Positions 51,047-61,048 of a stretch of 64,000 nucleotides of DNA are shown in pieces. Source of the stretch: an uncultured Lachnospiraceae bacterium (GTDB lineage: Bacteria; Bacillota; Clostridia; Lachnospirales; Lachnospiraceae). Positions within the stretch are counted from its first letter, which is position 1. The number at the start of each line of letters is the position of its first letter. The DNA is taken from contig UQWA01000009.1 in assembly GCA_900544685.1 (NCBI GenBank), positions 1,348-65,347 on the forward strand. Direction: 5' to 3'. The notes beneath the pieces were generated by a model. That model saw only the letters and a list, made by a program, of their open reading frames with translations, did no database searches and had not been told where the DNA came from. Both the position numbers and the translations under genes were made by a program.

Positions 51047-51182
51047 GCAGGAGAACCAGTCAGATATGAATCCATGATATTTGACTGGTTCTTTGCTATA
51101 ATTTACTGCGTTATCTTGCGAAAGCAGACATCTTCATGGTATGATAGGAAAAGATTGTCGAAAAAGTAAAAGATTGGAGAAA

Positions 51183-51614
51183 ATGATGAGTAACGAAAAT
51201 AAGAAATGCAAAGTACATTATACCGGAACTTTTAATGATGGAACAAAGTTTGATTCTTCCTATGACCGTGGCGAGCCACTGGAGTTTGTCTGTGGCGCAG
51301 GCATGATGATCAAAGGCTTTGATGAAGCGGTTAAGGATATGGAAGTGGGTCAGATCGTGGATATACATCTGATGCCGGAAGAAGCTTATGGTATGCCGAA
51401 TCCGGAGAATGTATTTACGCTGGAGATCAGTCAGCTTCCGGGATCGGAAGGTCTCTCTGTAGGAGAAAGAGTGTATTTATCCAATGCAGCAGGACAGCCA
51501 TTCCCGGTCAGCGTAGCAGCAAAAGATGAGACAACCATTACCTTTGATGCAAATCATGAGATGGCAGGAAAAGAATTGAACTTCAAGATCGAACTGGTAG
51601 AAGTTACCGAATAG
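51183..51614 (+). CDS. FKBP-type peptidyl-prolyl isomerase (SlyD/SlpA-like)
   Basis: VHYTG...FDSS...PLEF...PEEAYG...DANHEMAGKELNF. Confidence 0.92.
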   Translation: MMSNENKKCKVHYTGTFNDGTKFDSSYDRGEPLEFVCGAGMMIKGFDEAVKDMEVGQIVDIHLMPEEAYGMPNPENVFTLEISQLPGSEGLSVGERVYLSNAAGQPFPVSVAAKDETTITFDANHEMAGKELNFKIELVEVTE

Positions 51615-51678
51615 AGTATAAGATATGTCGGACATTGACTGAATGCAAATGGCTGACATGAGAAGAGGGTGTAAGAAC

Positions 51679-52593
51679 ATGAAGTATCTGATTGTTGGCG
51701 CAGGGGGAACCGGCGGCGTTGTGGGTTATTACATGACAAAAGCCGGAAAGAATGTGACACTGATTGCCAGAGGCGCACATCTGAAGCAGATGCAGACAAA
51801 AGGATTGACTTTGGAAAAAATGTGGGATCAGTCCATCGAGACGATCCCGGTAAAAGCTTCGGATATGGAGCATTATACAGAACAGCCGGATGTGATTCTG
51901 GTTTGCGTAAAGGGATATTCTCTGGAAGATACGATTCCGTTTATTCAGAAAATGGCAAAAAAAGATACCGTGGTGATCCCGATTCTGAATATCTATGGAA
52001 CCGGTGCAAAAATGCAGAAGAAGCTGCCGGAACTTCTGGTGACAGATGGCTGCATCTATGTATCCGCCAATATCAAAGAGCCGGGAGTTCTCCTGCAGCA
52101 TGGCAAGATTCTGAAAGTGGTCTTTGGAGTGCGGGAAAAAGAGGAATACCGACCGGTATTAAAAGAAATTGAGAAGGATCTGTGTGACAGCAGCATTTAC
52201 GGAATTCTCTCCGAAAATATCCGTAGAGATGCATTGGAGAAGTTCTCTTATGTATCGCCGATCGGAGCAGCAGGATTGTATTATCATGCAACCGCCGGGG
52301 ATTTCCAGAAAGAGGGCGAACAGCGTGAGACATTCAAGGCAATGATTCGTGAGATCGCAACGCTGGCAGATGCTATGGGAGTACCATTTGAAAAAGATAT
52401 GGTGGATGTGAATCTGCGTATTCTGGCGAATCTGGCACCGGAAGCCACTACATCCATGCAAAGGGATGTCTACGCCGAAAAGGATTCTGAGATTGACGGT
52501 CTGGTATACGAAGTAGTACGAATGGGAAAAGAATATGAAGTTCAGGTTCCTGTTTATGAAAAAGTGGCAGAAAAGCTGGGAGGCGCAAAGTAA
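51679..52593 (+). CDS. panE: Ketopantoate reductase family protein
   Basis: IVGAGGTGG, ARGAH, CVKGY, SMQRD, SEID. Confidence 0.85.
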   Translation: MKYLIVGAGGTGGVVGYYMTKAGKNVTLIARGAHLKQMQTKGLTLEKMWDQSIETIPVKASDMEHYTEQPDVILVCVKGYSLEDTIPFIQKMAKKDTVVIPILNIYGTGAKMQKKLPELLVTDGCIYVSANIKEPGVLLQHGKILKVVFGVREKEEYRPVLKEIEKDLCDSSIYGILSENIRRDALEKFSYVSPIGAAGLYYHATAGDFQKEGEQRETFKAMIREIATLADAMGVPFEKDMVDVNLRILANLAPEATTSMQRDVYAEKDSEIDGLVYEVVRMGKEYEVQVPVYEKVAEKLGGAK

Positions 52594-53064
52594 ATGTCAT
52601 TAGAGAGAGCAAAAGCATATCTGGCAGAAAAAGGTTACGCAGATCATATAATTGAACTGGAGGATTCCAGTGCAACGGTACAGCTGGCGGCGCAGGCGCT
52701 GGGTGTGGAGCCGGGGATGATTGCAAAAACTATGTCATTTCTGATTGGAGAGGAAGCGATACTGATTCTCACAGAAGGCACGGCAAAAGTAGATAACCGT
52801 AAGTATAAAGATACTTTTCATATGAAAGCGAAAATGATTCCATTTGAAGAAGTGGAAAACTGGATCGGACATGCACCTGGCGGTGTGTGCCCATTTGGAA
52901 TCAAAGAAGGCATAAAAGTGTATCTGGATGAAAGTCTGAAGCAGTTCGATACGGTGTATCCGGCTGCAGGGAATGATCACAGCGCAGTAAAGCTGACGAT
53001 AGCAGAACTGGAAGAGGTGGCAGGAGCAGCCGGCTGGGTAGACGTGTGTAAAGAACCGGCATAG
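52594..53064 (+). CDS. YbaK/EbsC-family aminoacyl-tRNA deacylase
   Basis: SATV..AA, IAKT, GGVCPFG, PAAG. Confidence 0.9.
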   Translation: MSLERAKAYLAEKGYADHIIELEDSSATVQLAAQALGVEPGMIAKTMSFLIGEEAILILTEGTAKVDNRKYKDTFHMKAKMIPFEEVENWIGHAPGGVCPFGIKEGIKVYLDESLKQFDTVYPAAGNDHSAVKLTIAELEEVAGAAGWVDVCKEPA

Positions 53065-53102
53065 CACCAGAAGTATTTGGGGATAAATAGGAGAAGAAAA
53101 CA

Positions 53103-55040
53103 ATGGAATATCAATGGCCATATGAGAATGAATACGGACAGACTGAGATGGTAGAATCAGATGTCCTGGTGCTGGGCGGAGGACTGGCAGGATGTTTTGC
53201 AGCCATCTCAGCAGCGAGAAAAGGCAAAAAAGTAGTTCTGGTGGAGAAAGGTGCAACGAAGCGAAGCGGCTCCGCAGGAACCGGATTTGATCACTGGGAA
53301 TCAGCCTGTACCAATCCATGTTCGGAAGTAACTGCCAAGGAGATAGCAGAGGCTTACGTGGATGAACAGGATCATTACAGCAACGGAATTGCTCATTATA
53401 TCGAATGCAGAGAGGGCTATGACCGCCTGCTGGATCTGGAAAAGATGGGTGGAAAAATCCGCGACACAGAGGATGAATTTAAGGGCGCAGAGTTTCGGGA
53501 TGAGAAGACGAAGCTGATGTTTGCCTATGATTATAAGAACAAATTTACCTTAAGAGTATGGGGATCGACCTTTAAGCCGGTGCTCTATAAGGAACTGAAG
53601 CGTCTGGGTGTGAAGATCTATGACCGTACCGAAGCGACAGCACTTCTGACTACCGTGGAGAATGGAAAAAAGCGTGGAATCGGCGCCATCGGCATGAATG
53701 TACATACCGGCAAGCTGCTGGTATTTAAGGCGAAGGCAACCATGCTGACCATGTCCAGACCGGCAAGAGTATGGCTGTTTAACCCGGATCTGGTAGGCTT
53801 ATGTGAATTCCGTCCGATGCAGTCCATCGGAAGCGGACATGCTATGGGATGGAGAGCCGGTGTAGAATTCACCATGATGGAGAAGTCTGTAAAGGGAGAA
53901 TTCTCCGCAGCAGGCAGAAGCTTTCCGCCGTATGGTGCAGGCAACAATCACAATACCTGGTATGCAGCTACAATGGTAGATGCCAGAGGGGTAGAGATCC
54001 CGTATCTGGACCGTGATGGTAATGTATTAAAAACCGTTTCTGAGAGATATTATCCGGTAAAGGGACAGAAGTTTTTCTTAAAGGGCGGTGTCATTGATGA
54101 GCCAAAATACGAATACCGCGGACCGGAGACCATGCCGTTTGATGAACTGATGAAACGTGGTTATCAACTTCCATTTTATGCAGATTTAAGCCGCATGCCG
54201 GAGATGGAACGGAAGGTTATCTGGGGCATGATGGTAGGCGAAGAAGGCAAAACAAAGGTGCCAATCCTTCAGAATTATACAGAAAGAGGATTTGATCCGA
54301 CAAAGCATGCACTTCAGTGTTATGGTACCGGATGGCAGTCAGCGGCATTTCTGGATCAGGAACGCCAGCTTTTTGGTGCACCGGGTGGAATCATGCATGA
54401 CTGGGATCTGAAGACCAATATTGACGGCATTTATGCTGCAGGTGACCAGCTTTTTGCATCTGACTGTTGTGGATTTGCCTGTGCAACCGGTTACTATGCC
54501 GGTAGAAAGGCAGCAGATTACTGCGATACCGTGGAATTGTGTGACGTGAATCCGGAAGATGTGGAAGCAGAGAAAAAACGTCTGTATGCGCCGCTGGAGC
54601 GTTCAGAAGGGGTATCCTGGAAGGAACTGAATATGGCAATCTCCAAGGCTATGCAGAACTATTGTGGCGGCGTAAAATGCGATGCCCTGTTAAAAGAAGG
54701 TCTGGATCTGCTGAACAGCTACCGGGAAGAGATTGTACCACAGCTCTATTGTGAGAATCCACATGATCTGATGCGTACCCATGAAGTACTGGATATTCTG
54801 GATGTGGCAGAGATGATTCTGCATGCATGTCTGATGAGAAAATCCAGTTCGAAACAGCTTTGCTTTACAAGAAGCGATTATCCGGAGATGGATCCGCAGA
54901 AGGACCGCCGTTTTATCACCCTTCGCAGAGAAGGAGATCAGGTGGTAGAGGGCGAAGTGCCGCTGGATTATTTTGGAGATCTGGAAACAGAATATGAGAA
55001 ACGCAATAAGGACTATATGGGAGGTGCCCATCATGAATAA
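53103..55040 (+). CDS. FAD-dependent oxidoreductase of the AprA/Sdh flavoprotein superfamily
   Basis: DVLVLGGGLAG, EKG...RSGS, GIYAAGD and C-terminal R..S...RSDYPE. Confidence 0.85.
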   Translation: MEYQWPYENEYGQTEMVESDVLVLGGGLAGCFAAISAARKGKKVVLVEKGATKRSGSAGTGFDHWESACTNPCSEVTAKEIAEAYVDEQDHYSNGIAHYIECREGYDRLLDLEKMGGKIRDTEDEFKGAEFRDEKTKLMFAYDYKNKFTLRVWGSTFKPVLYKELKRLGVKIYDRTEATALLTTVENGKKRGIGAIGMNVHTGKLLVFKAKATMLTMSRPARVWLFNPDLVGLCEFRPMQSIGSGHAMGWRAGVEFTMMEKSVKGEFSAAGRSFPPYGAGNNHNTWYAATMVDARGVEIPYLDRDGNVLKTVSERYYPVKGQKFFLKGGVIDEPKYEYRGPETMPFDELMKRGYQLPFYADLSRMPEMERKVIWGMMVGEEGKTKVPILQNYTERGFDPTKHALQCYGTGWQSAAFLDQERQLFGAPGGIMHDWDLKTNIDGIYAAGDQLFASDCCGFACATGYYAGRKAADYCDTVELCDVNPEDVEAEKKRLYAPLERSEGVSWKELNMAISKAMQNYCGGVKCDALLKEGLDLLNSYREEIVPQLYCENPHDLMRTHEVLDILDVAEMILHACLMRKSSSKQLCFTRSDYPEMDPQKDRRFITLRREGDQVVEGEVPLDYFGDLETEYEKRNKDYMGGAHHE

Positions 55041-55311
55041 AGAATGGAAAGTATCTGTGATCCCATGCAGTGCCACACCACTTTTGTTTGATGAAAGCAA
55101 ATGTGTGGGATGTAATACCTGTGCCAATATCTGTCAGTGTGATATTATGATTCCAAATCAGGAAAAGGGCAAACATCCGATCGTGGCTTATCCGGGAGAA
55201 TGTTATTACTGTGGTGCCTGCGTCATGGTATGTCCGAATCCTGGTGCCATTCATCTGCAGCATCCGGTTATGAACCGGGCAAAGTTTGTGCCTGTAAAAG
55301 AGGAACCGTAA
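55033..55311 (+). CDS. 2x[4Fe-4S] ferredoxin (AprB-like)
   Basis: CVGCNTCANIC and YPGECYYCGAC...CP..GAI.L.HP; overlaps the end of the flavoprotein gene. Confidence 0.88.
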   Translation: MNKEWKVSVIPCSATPLLFDESKCVGCNTCANICQCDIMIPNQEKGKHPIVAYPGECYYCGACVMVCPNPGAIHLQHPVMNRAKFVPVKEEP

Positions 55312-55313
55312 AT

Positions 55314-55620
55314 ATGAACATTGGAATATACAGTATGCGGGATGATGAGACGGATTATGTACATCAAATGGAAGAAAGCCTTGGCATACACATTTTGACC
55401 ACATCTGAAGACCCATCTGTGGATAACGCAGATTTTCTGGGAGGATGCGAAGCCTGACTGTTGGTGTGGTGGGAACCGGAAAAATCGGTGCTGCCGTAAT
55501 CAAAAATTTAAGAGGATTTGGCTGTAAGATACTGGCTTACGGAAGAAGCGGTAAAAAGTATGGTAGAGACCGGAATTCTTGGTTTGCTGGATATGCAGCA
55601 GCATGAAAATGCCAAAATCC
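55314..55620 (+). pseudogene. Collapsed D-lactate/D-2-hydroxyacid dehydrogenase gene
   Basis: Three fragments in different frames: N-terminus (YSMRDDE...GCEA), Rossmann motif (LTVGVVGTGKIG...GFGCKILAY) and C-terminus (TEEAVKSMVE). Confidence 0.8.
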
Positions 55621-55631
55621 CGAGACATGCA

Positions 55632-55705
55632 AGTCAAAATCCCATCGCCGAAGGCGATTTTTGATGGATTTTGACTCGTAACTGTGAAGGTACTGAACAG
55701 TTACG
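55632..55705. repeat. Two adjacent inverted repeats (REP/MITE-like remnant)
   Basis: AGTCAAAATCC...GGATTTTGACT and CGTAACTGT...ACAGTTACG. Confidence 0.6.
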
Positions 55706-55771
55706 AAAAATGATAAAAAGACAGCTCTGATGCAAAGATTTTGCCCGCAGCTGTCTTTTCATATATAAAAT

Positions 55772-57091
55772 CTAGAGATTTTTGCCGTGGCACAGCCGGT
55801 ACACCAGTGTGCAGAACATCTGCACCGCAACTGGCAGAGCTTCTTCGGAAAAATCAAAGTCTGGATTATGTCCTGGTGCGTCTGTATGGGTCAGCGTATA
55901 GAAAAACAGACTTTTTCCATCGTGAGCCTGTACTGCTTCAGACAGATAGGAAAAATCCTCACTGAAGGAAGCCGCCGGGTCGGGTGTACGCAGGTCCAGA
56001 TGCAGATCCTTGGCTGTATTCTGAAGTAGAGAGATCATCTCCGGATCATTGGTGACAGACGGAGCAGATCCAGCTGTCTCAATCTGGCAGGTACAGGAGT
56101 GCATGGCAGCACTGGACTGCAGAATAGTTCTTGCATATTTTTCCATATAACGGTTGATTTCGGTACTGGCGCCCCGGACTTCCAGTTCAAGTTTTGCCTG
56201 ATCGCAGATGACGTTCCGTCCTGATCCCGCATGGGCAGTGCCCACATTGATCTGTGATGCACCGCCGGAATGCCTTGGAATGGCATGAAGATTCAGGATG
56301 GCAGAAGCCATGGCAAGCATGGCGTTATGCCCTTTTTCCGGGAGCGCTGCATGGGAAGACAGACCCCAAAAGGAGGAATTCAGCTTGGTGGTGGCGAGGG
56401 TCGGCCCCATGGATACTCCGATCTGTTCTCCATTTGTGGATGGAAAAATGTGGCTTCCGATGAGATAATCCACATCGTTCAGATGTCCTTTTTCGGCAAT
56501 GGAACGGGCACCCCGGACACCTTCTTCCGCAGGCTGGAAAATCAGCTTCACAGTACCGGAAAAACAGCCCTTCATTTCAGCTAGAATCCGGGCAACAATA
56601 AGACCGATGGCAGTATGCCCGTCATGCCCACAGGCATGCATAAACCCAGGATTCTGTGAGAGAAAGCTCTCGTTAAATGGTAAATGAGAAGGGCTGGCAT
56701 CTTCAGTAATGGGAAGCGCGTCAATATCAAAGCGCAGAGCCGTTACAGGACCTTTACCGCAGCGAAGAATACCGATGACACCGGTAAAACCGTTCCGGGT
56801 ATTTTGTGCATAAGCCTGGATGGCACCCTGTTTCAGTGCCCTTTGATAGTGGACTTCCAGAGTATCTTTGGACGGAAGTCCCATACGGGAATCCGGATCG
56901 CATACGTCAGATCCGGTCAGAATTTCATAACCCAGGCAGGTCAACTGGTCTGCAATGATGGAGCTGGTGCGGATTTCACACCACCCAGGTTCCGGAAAAC
57001 GGTGAAAATCCCGGCGAAGACGGATCAGACTTGGTGTGTAAGTAGCAATTTTTTCAGATAATAATTGAGAAAAATCAGATTCGGATAACAT
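55772..57091 (-). CDS. M20-family amidohydrolase (AbgA-like)
   Basis: RRDFHRFPE, RFDIDAL, MHACGHDGH, FQPAEEG, SEDF. Confidence 0.92.
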   Translation of the reverse strand: MLSESDFSQLLSEKIATYTPSLIRLRRDFHRFPEPGWCEIRTSSIIADQLTCLGYEILTGSDVCDPDSRMGLPSKDTLEVHYQRALKQGAIQAYAQNTRNGFTGVIGILRCGKGPVTALRFDIDALPITEDASPSHLPFNESFLSQNPGFMHACGHDGHTAIGLIVARILAEMKGCFSGTVKLIFQPAEEGVRGARSIAEKGHLNDVDYLIGSHIFPSTNGEQIGVSMGPTLATTKLNSSFWGLSSHAALPEKGHNAMLAMASAILNLHAIPRHSGGASQINVGTAHAGSGRNVICDQAKLELEVRGASTEINRYMEKYARTILQSSAAMHSCTCQIETAGSAPSVTNDPEMISLLQNTAKDLHLDLRTPDPAASFSEDFSYLSEAVQAHDGKSLFFYTLTHTDAPGHNPDFDFSEEALPVAVQMFCTLVYRLCHGKNL

Positions 57092-57294
57092 AAGTACTGT
57101 GTCCTTTCTGTGGTTTTCATTTTTGATTCTGGCATCATTATATCCGGGAAAGGAACATGTGTCAAAACGACAAAAAATTTTCGGAAAGGATCTTGAAAAG
57201 GGCAGGCGGTATTGTTATAATATGTGATGTATTGCAAAATGGGGGAGGTTTCGGATTTTAACTCGAAACAGGAAAAATTTGCAGGAGGAAAATA

Positions 57295-58962
57295 ATGAAA
57301 AAGGGGAAGTTATGGACAGCGTTGTTACTGGCAACGGTTATGTGCATAAATCCCGTCCGGACCGGTTTCGCGGGGACTGCTTTTTATGATAATACGGTAA
57401 AAGCAGAAGAGGGCGAAGGAGCAGATACAGAGGGAGAAAGCAGTACGGAGACAGAGATAGATCCGACTGTACAGACGAATGACATCCCTGGATGGCCGCA
57501 GGGGGACGCAGTAGAAAGCGACGCGGCAATCTGCATGGACGGGAATACAGGAGCCGTTTTATACGGCAAAAACATTGAAAAACAGGAGTATCCGGCCAGT
57601 ATTACCAAGATTATGACAGTGCTTCTGGCACTGGAAAATGGCAACCTGGATGATACGGTAACATTTTCAGAGAATGCAGTATACAGTATTGAATATGGAA
57701 GTGCCCATCTGGGACTGACGGAAGGGGAGGAACTGACGCTGGAGCAGTGTCTGTACGGAATTATGTTGGCATCGGCAAATGAGATCTCCAATGCAGTGGC
57801 AGAGCATATTGGTGGCAGTGTTGAGAAGTTTGCGGATATGATGAATCAGAAGGCAGAAGAACTGGGATGCGTAAATACCCATTTCGTAAATCCGAATGGA
57901 CTGCATGATGATAACCATTATACCTGCGCTTACGATATGGCACTGATCACACAGGCGGCTATGAAATATGACAAGTTCCGTGAGATTATCCATACGCAGG
58001 AGTACAGTTATCCAGAGACCAATCTGGTTAAGGAAAAAAGGTATTTTGCCAATCATCACGGGATGCTGATGGATGAGAGCAGGGCGTATGATGGATTTAT
58101 CGGAGGCAAAACCGGATATACAGATGAAGCATGGAATACACTGGTATCCACGGCAGAGAGAGACGGGATGCTTCTGATCAGTGTGGTACTGCATGCCAAT
58201 GGACAGGATATTGAGTATGGTAATACCAAGACTGTTCTGGACTATGGCTATAATAATTTCAAGGAAGTGCAGATCAACAACCTGGATCAGACAGTTTCTG
58301 ATACCGAGATTGTGGGAATAGAGGATGCACAGGAAGCAGAAAAGATCAGGCAGGCAGATCTGTCAAAAGATCCGTTTACAGTAGCGGAGACAACAACGGT
58401 TACCTTGCCGAACGGAGTAGATGCATCATCCCTTACCAGAAAAATGGATTTCACGACAGATAAGATGACCTACTATTATGAAGATCAGGCTCTGGGAAGT
58501 ACTTCTTTTTCTTACACAGGGGAATGGGAACCGGAGACGGAAACCAGTGTACAGACGGAGGTACAGACAGAGAGTGAGACAGAGACGGAAGCAGGTGGTT
58601 TAAGCCAGATGATTCAGAACGGAGCATTTGCAGATAATAAGGTGCTGACTGCTGTTGCAGGAGGATATGACAAGTTAGATCTTTTTATTAAGACACATAC
58701 CATATTTGCTGTTTTATTAGGAGCGATCCTGTTGATTATTTTTATACCGCTTTTACTGGTATCGATCAGCAGAAATAGGAAATACAAAAAAATGATCGAA
58801 CTGCGTACGCAGGAGATGGCACTTCGCAGGCAGCTGGAGGCAGAGATTGAAGAAAAGTCTGCAGCGCAGGTGGAAGCGGAACTGAGGGCACACGAGCTGG
58901 AGATGCAGCTGGAAGAGGAACGGAAGAAAAACCGCGAAAAACAAACGCCGGAAGAATCGTAA
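57295..58962 (+). CDS. D-alanyl-D-alanine carboxypeptidase (peptidase S11) with C-terminal TM helix and coiled tail
   Basis: PASITK (SxxK), SAN, FVNPNGL, GKTGYT. Confidence 0.92.
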   Translation: MKKGKLWTALLLATVMCINPVRTGFAGTAFYDNTVKAEEGEGADTEGESSTETEIDPTVQTNDIPGWPQGDAVESDAAICMDGNTGAVLYGKNIEKQEYPASITKIMTVLLALENGNLDDTVTFSENAVYSIEYGSAHLGLTEGEELTLEQCLYGIMLASANEISNAVAEHIGGSVEKFADMMNQKAEELGCVNTHFVNPNGLHDDNHYTCAYDMALITQAAMKYDKFREIIHTQEYSYPETNLVKEKRYFANHHGMLMDESRAYDGFIGGKTGYTDEAWNTLVSTAERDGMLLISVVLHANGQDIEYGNTKTVLDYGYNNFKEVQINNLDQTVSDTEIVGIEDAQEAEKIRQADLSKDPFTVAETTTVTLPNGVDASSLTRKMDFTTDKMTYYYEDQALGSTSFSYTGEWEPETETSVQTEVQTESETETEAGGLSQMIQNGAFADNKVLTAVAGGYDKLDLFIKTHTIFAVLLGAILLIIFIPLLLVSISRNRKYKKMIELRTQEMALRRQLEAEIEEKSAAQVEAELRAHELEMQLEEERKKNREKQTPEES

Positions 58963-59068
58963 AGATGTTAGTGGCATTTTGAGACAGGGGAAGCTTAAAA
59001 TCAAAAGGAGTATACAGTGGCAGGGGGGAAAAGCATGCGGCTGTAAAAAACAGGGAGGAATAATTAAT

Positions 59069-59806
59069 ATGAACTGGGTATCACCAATTAAAGATGACGA
59101 AACACTGGAACGTTTCAAAAAAGCACTGCGTAAAGTAGACGATAAATATTATATTTTGTTTGAGATTGGAGTGGGAACCGGACTTCAGCTTCAGGAGATC
59201 CTGAAATTCAAGAATAAAGATATTCGTGACAAGGACGAGATCGAAGCATGTATCGGAACCAAGAATATCAAGAGAACTTTCAAGATTAATAAGAATCTGA
59301 AAAAGATCATTATGGACTATACAGAAGGCAAGGATCCGGAAGCATATCTGATCGTAGGACATACAGGTTCTACCACTTCCTTATCCAGAGAACAGGCATA
59401 CCGCGTGTTTAAGAATGTAGGAAAAGAACTGGGACTGAATTCCATCGGTGCACAGACCATGAGAAAGACATTTGCATGGAGATATTACAAGAGTACCAAT
59501 GATATTTATTATCTTCAGAATCTGTTAAACCATGCATCACCATCCATTACTTATCGTTATATCGGTGAAAAGCCAAACGTAGAAGTAGTGCTCAAAAAGA
59601 TGACACCGGAAGAGAACGAGAGAAGCCGTTATCTGCTCTACAAGGATGGAAAAGGAAAGAAGAGAATGGATAAGATCATCAAATTATTCCAGCATCTCAA
59701 GTCTGAACTGGATAATCCAACCAACAATGATGCATTCTATGGAAAAGTAGATTGCCTGCTGGAAGAAGTAGAGGAACTGATTGATAATTTTAACAATCTG
59801 GATTAA
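59069..59806 (+). CDS. Tyrosine recombinase-fold protein with a degenerate active site
   Basis: TGLQLQEIL, IGAQTMRKTF, LLNH, TYRYIG; GGGAGG RBS before the ATG at 59069. Confidence 0.85.
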   Translation: MNWVSPIKDDETLERFKKALRKVDDKYYILFEIGVGTGLQLQEILKFKNKDIRDKDEIEACIGTKNIKRTFKINKNLKKIIMDYTEGKDPEAYLIVGHTGSTTSLSREQAYRVFKNVGKELGLNSIGAQTMRKTFAWRYYKSTNDIYYLQNLLNHASPSITYRYIGEKPNVEVVLKKMTPEENERSRYLLYKDGKGKKRMDKIIKLFQHLKSELDNPTNNDAFYGKVDCLLEEVEELIDNFNNLD

Positions 59807-59842
59807 AGACGAAATAAAAAGAGAGGCATCATGAAGATAATA

Positions 59843-60796
59843 TCATTCATGGTGCCTTTTCTGTCTTCGGCGTTCCTGAAGAGTCAGTTTGCGTTCCAAC
59901 AGATCACCTGCACGGTCCACATCAATCTGTTTGATGGTCTTCACACAGAAAAACCCTTCGGAATTTTCACACTTCTTTAATCGTATTTTTCCCTTCAGAT
60001 AGCCATGCTCCTCGCAGTAGGCAAGACAACTGAAGTTTTTTCCGCCGCTGGCAAACCAGCGGATTTTCTTCTTTGCATTTTTTCCACAGAGATAACATTT
60101 GGTGGAAGTAACCTTCCGATCCTTCATCAGTTCCCTTTTGGACGAGAATTCCTTAGAGACAAACTTGGAATATCCGTCAAAGATAACGGATATCTCTTCC
60201 TTTCGGCTGGCAGGTGTGCGGAAGTAGTCGATGGAATAAAATTCAAAAATCTGTTCGTATGGAAGAATCTTCAGAACCTCAGCTGTATAGTAAGCGTCTG
60301 AAAGTGCTGCATGAAAAGTCTGGGACTTAGGCATCTGAAGCTCATCCACGGCAGTCTCCAGTGACTTGCGGCTTTTGCCGTCATCAAAACAGATACTGTA
60401 TAACTTCTGGATATCCAGATATTTTAATGGAAATGGAAAATTGATCTCCATATGATGAAAGCGCATGTTGCGCTGAAGCTCCAGCAGATCCAGGGAACCC
60501 CAGATACAGTAGACAGCATCTGGTCCGCACCATTGCAGAAAACGCTCACAGACATCAGGGAAGCGGTCAGCATTTTTCAGTTCACTGGAAGAAATCTGTA
60601 TGATCGACTGGGTCATAGGGTGCATTCGCTTATAGACAGAAGGCTGCACCAGTTCATGGAAACGACTGATTTCCTGTCTTCCACTATTCAGTTTTACAGC
60701 GCCGATCTCCACAATCTCAAAAGGCAGAGCCGGATTCTCTTTGGATTTTCCATCCGGACATTGATTCCATTCCAGATCAAAAATAATGTAATTCAT
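59843..60796 (-). CDS. DEDDh 3'-5' exonuclease with a C-terminal Cys/His cluster
   Basis: FDLEWNQ, EIVEIGAV, HAALSDA; CYLC...CEEH; CAGGAG RBS. Confidence 0.88.
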   Translation of the reverse strand: MNYIIFDLEWNQCPDGKSKENPALPFEIVEIGAVKLNSGRQEISRFHELVQPSVYKRMHPMTQSIIQISSSELKNADRFPDVCERFLQWCGPDAVYCIWGSLDLLELQRNMRFHHMEINFPFPLKYLDIQKLYSICFDDGKSRKSLETAVDELQMPKSQTFHAALSDAYYTAEVLKILPYEQIFEFYSIDYFRTPASRKEEISVIFDGYSKFVSKEFSSKRELMKDRKVTSTKCYLCGKNAKKKIRWFASGGKNFSCLAYCEEHGYLKGKIRLKKCENSEGFFCVKTIKQIDVDRAGDLLERKLTLQERRRQKRHHE

Positions 60797-61048
60797 GGTA
60801 ATCTCCTGTTGCGTTTCTGGTATAAGTATACACAGAGAATGTTTTTCCGTCAACTTGCATAGCAAAAACGGGATTCTTTCGGCAGGTTGCCAATTGGTTT
60901 CGAAGAAAAAGGAAAGGAGTGGCAGAAGTTACAAGAGATTTGAAAAAAGTTTGGGCAATAGTGGCATGGCAGGAAACGGGAAAAGCAGTTATACTAAGTA
61001 CATGTCAAGAAGAGCCGTAAACGGCGCATAAACGGGAGGAAAATCAAA

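Noticed and set aside
44821..59806. Integrative element bounded by tRNA-Leu and the tyrosine recombinase
   Set aside because: I saw no duplicated tRNA 3' end, the recombinase is 14 kb away and catalytically degenerate, and the intervening genes are mostly housekeeping
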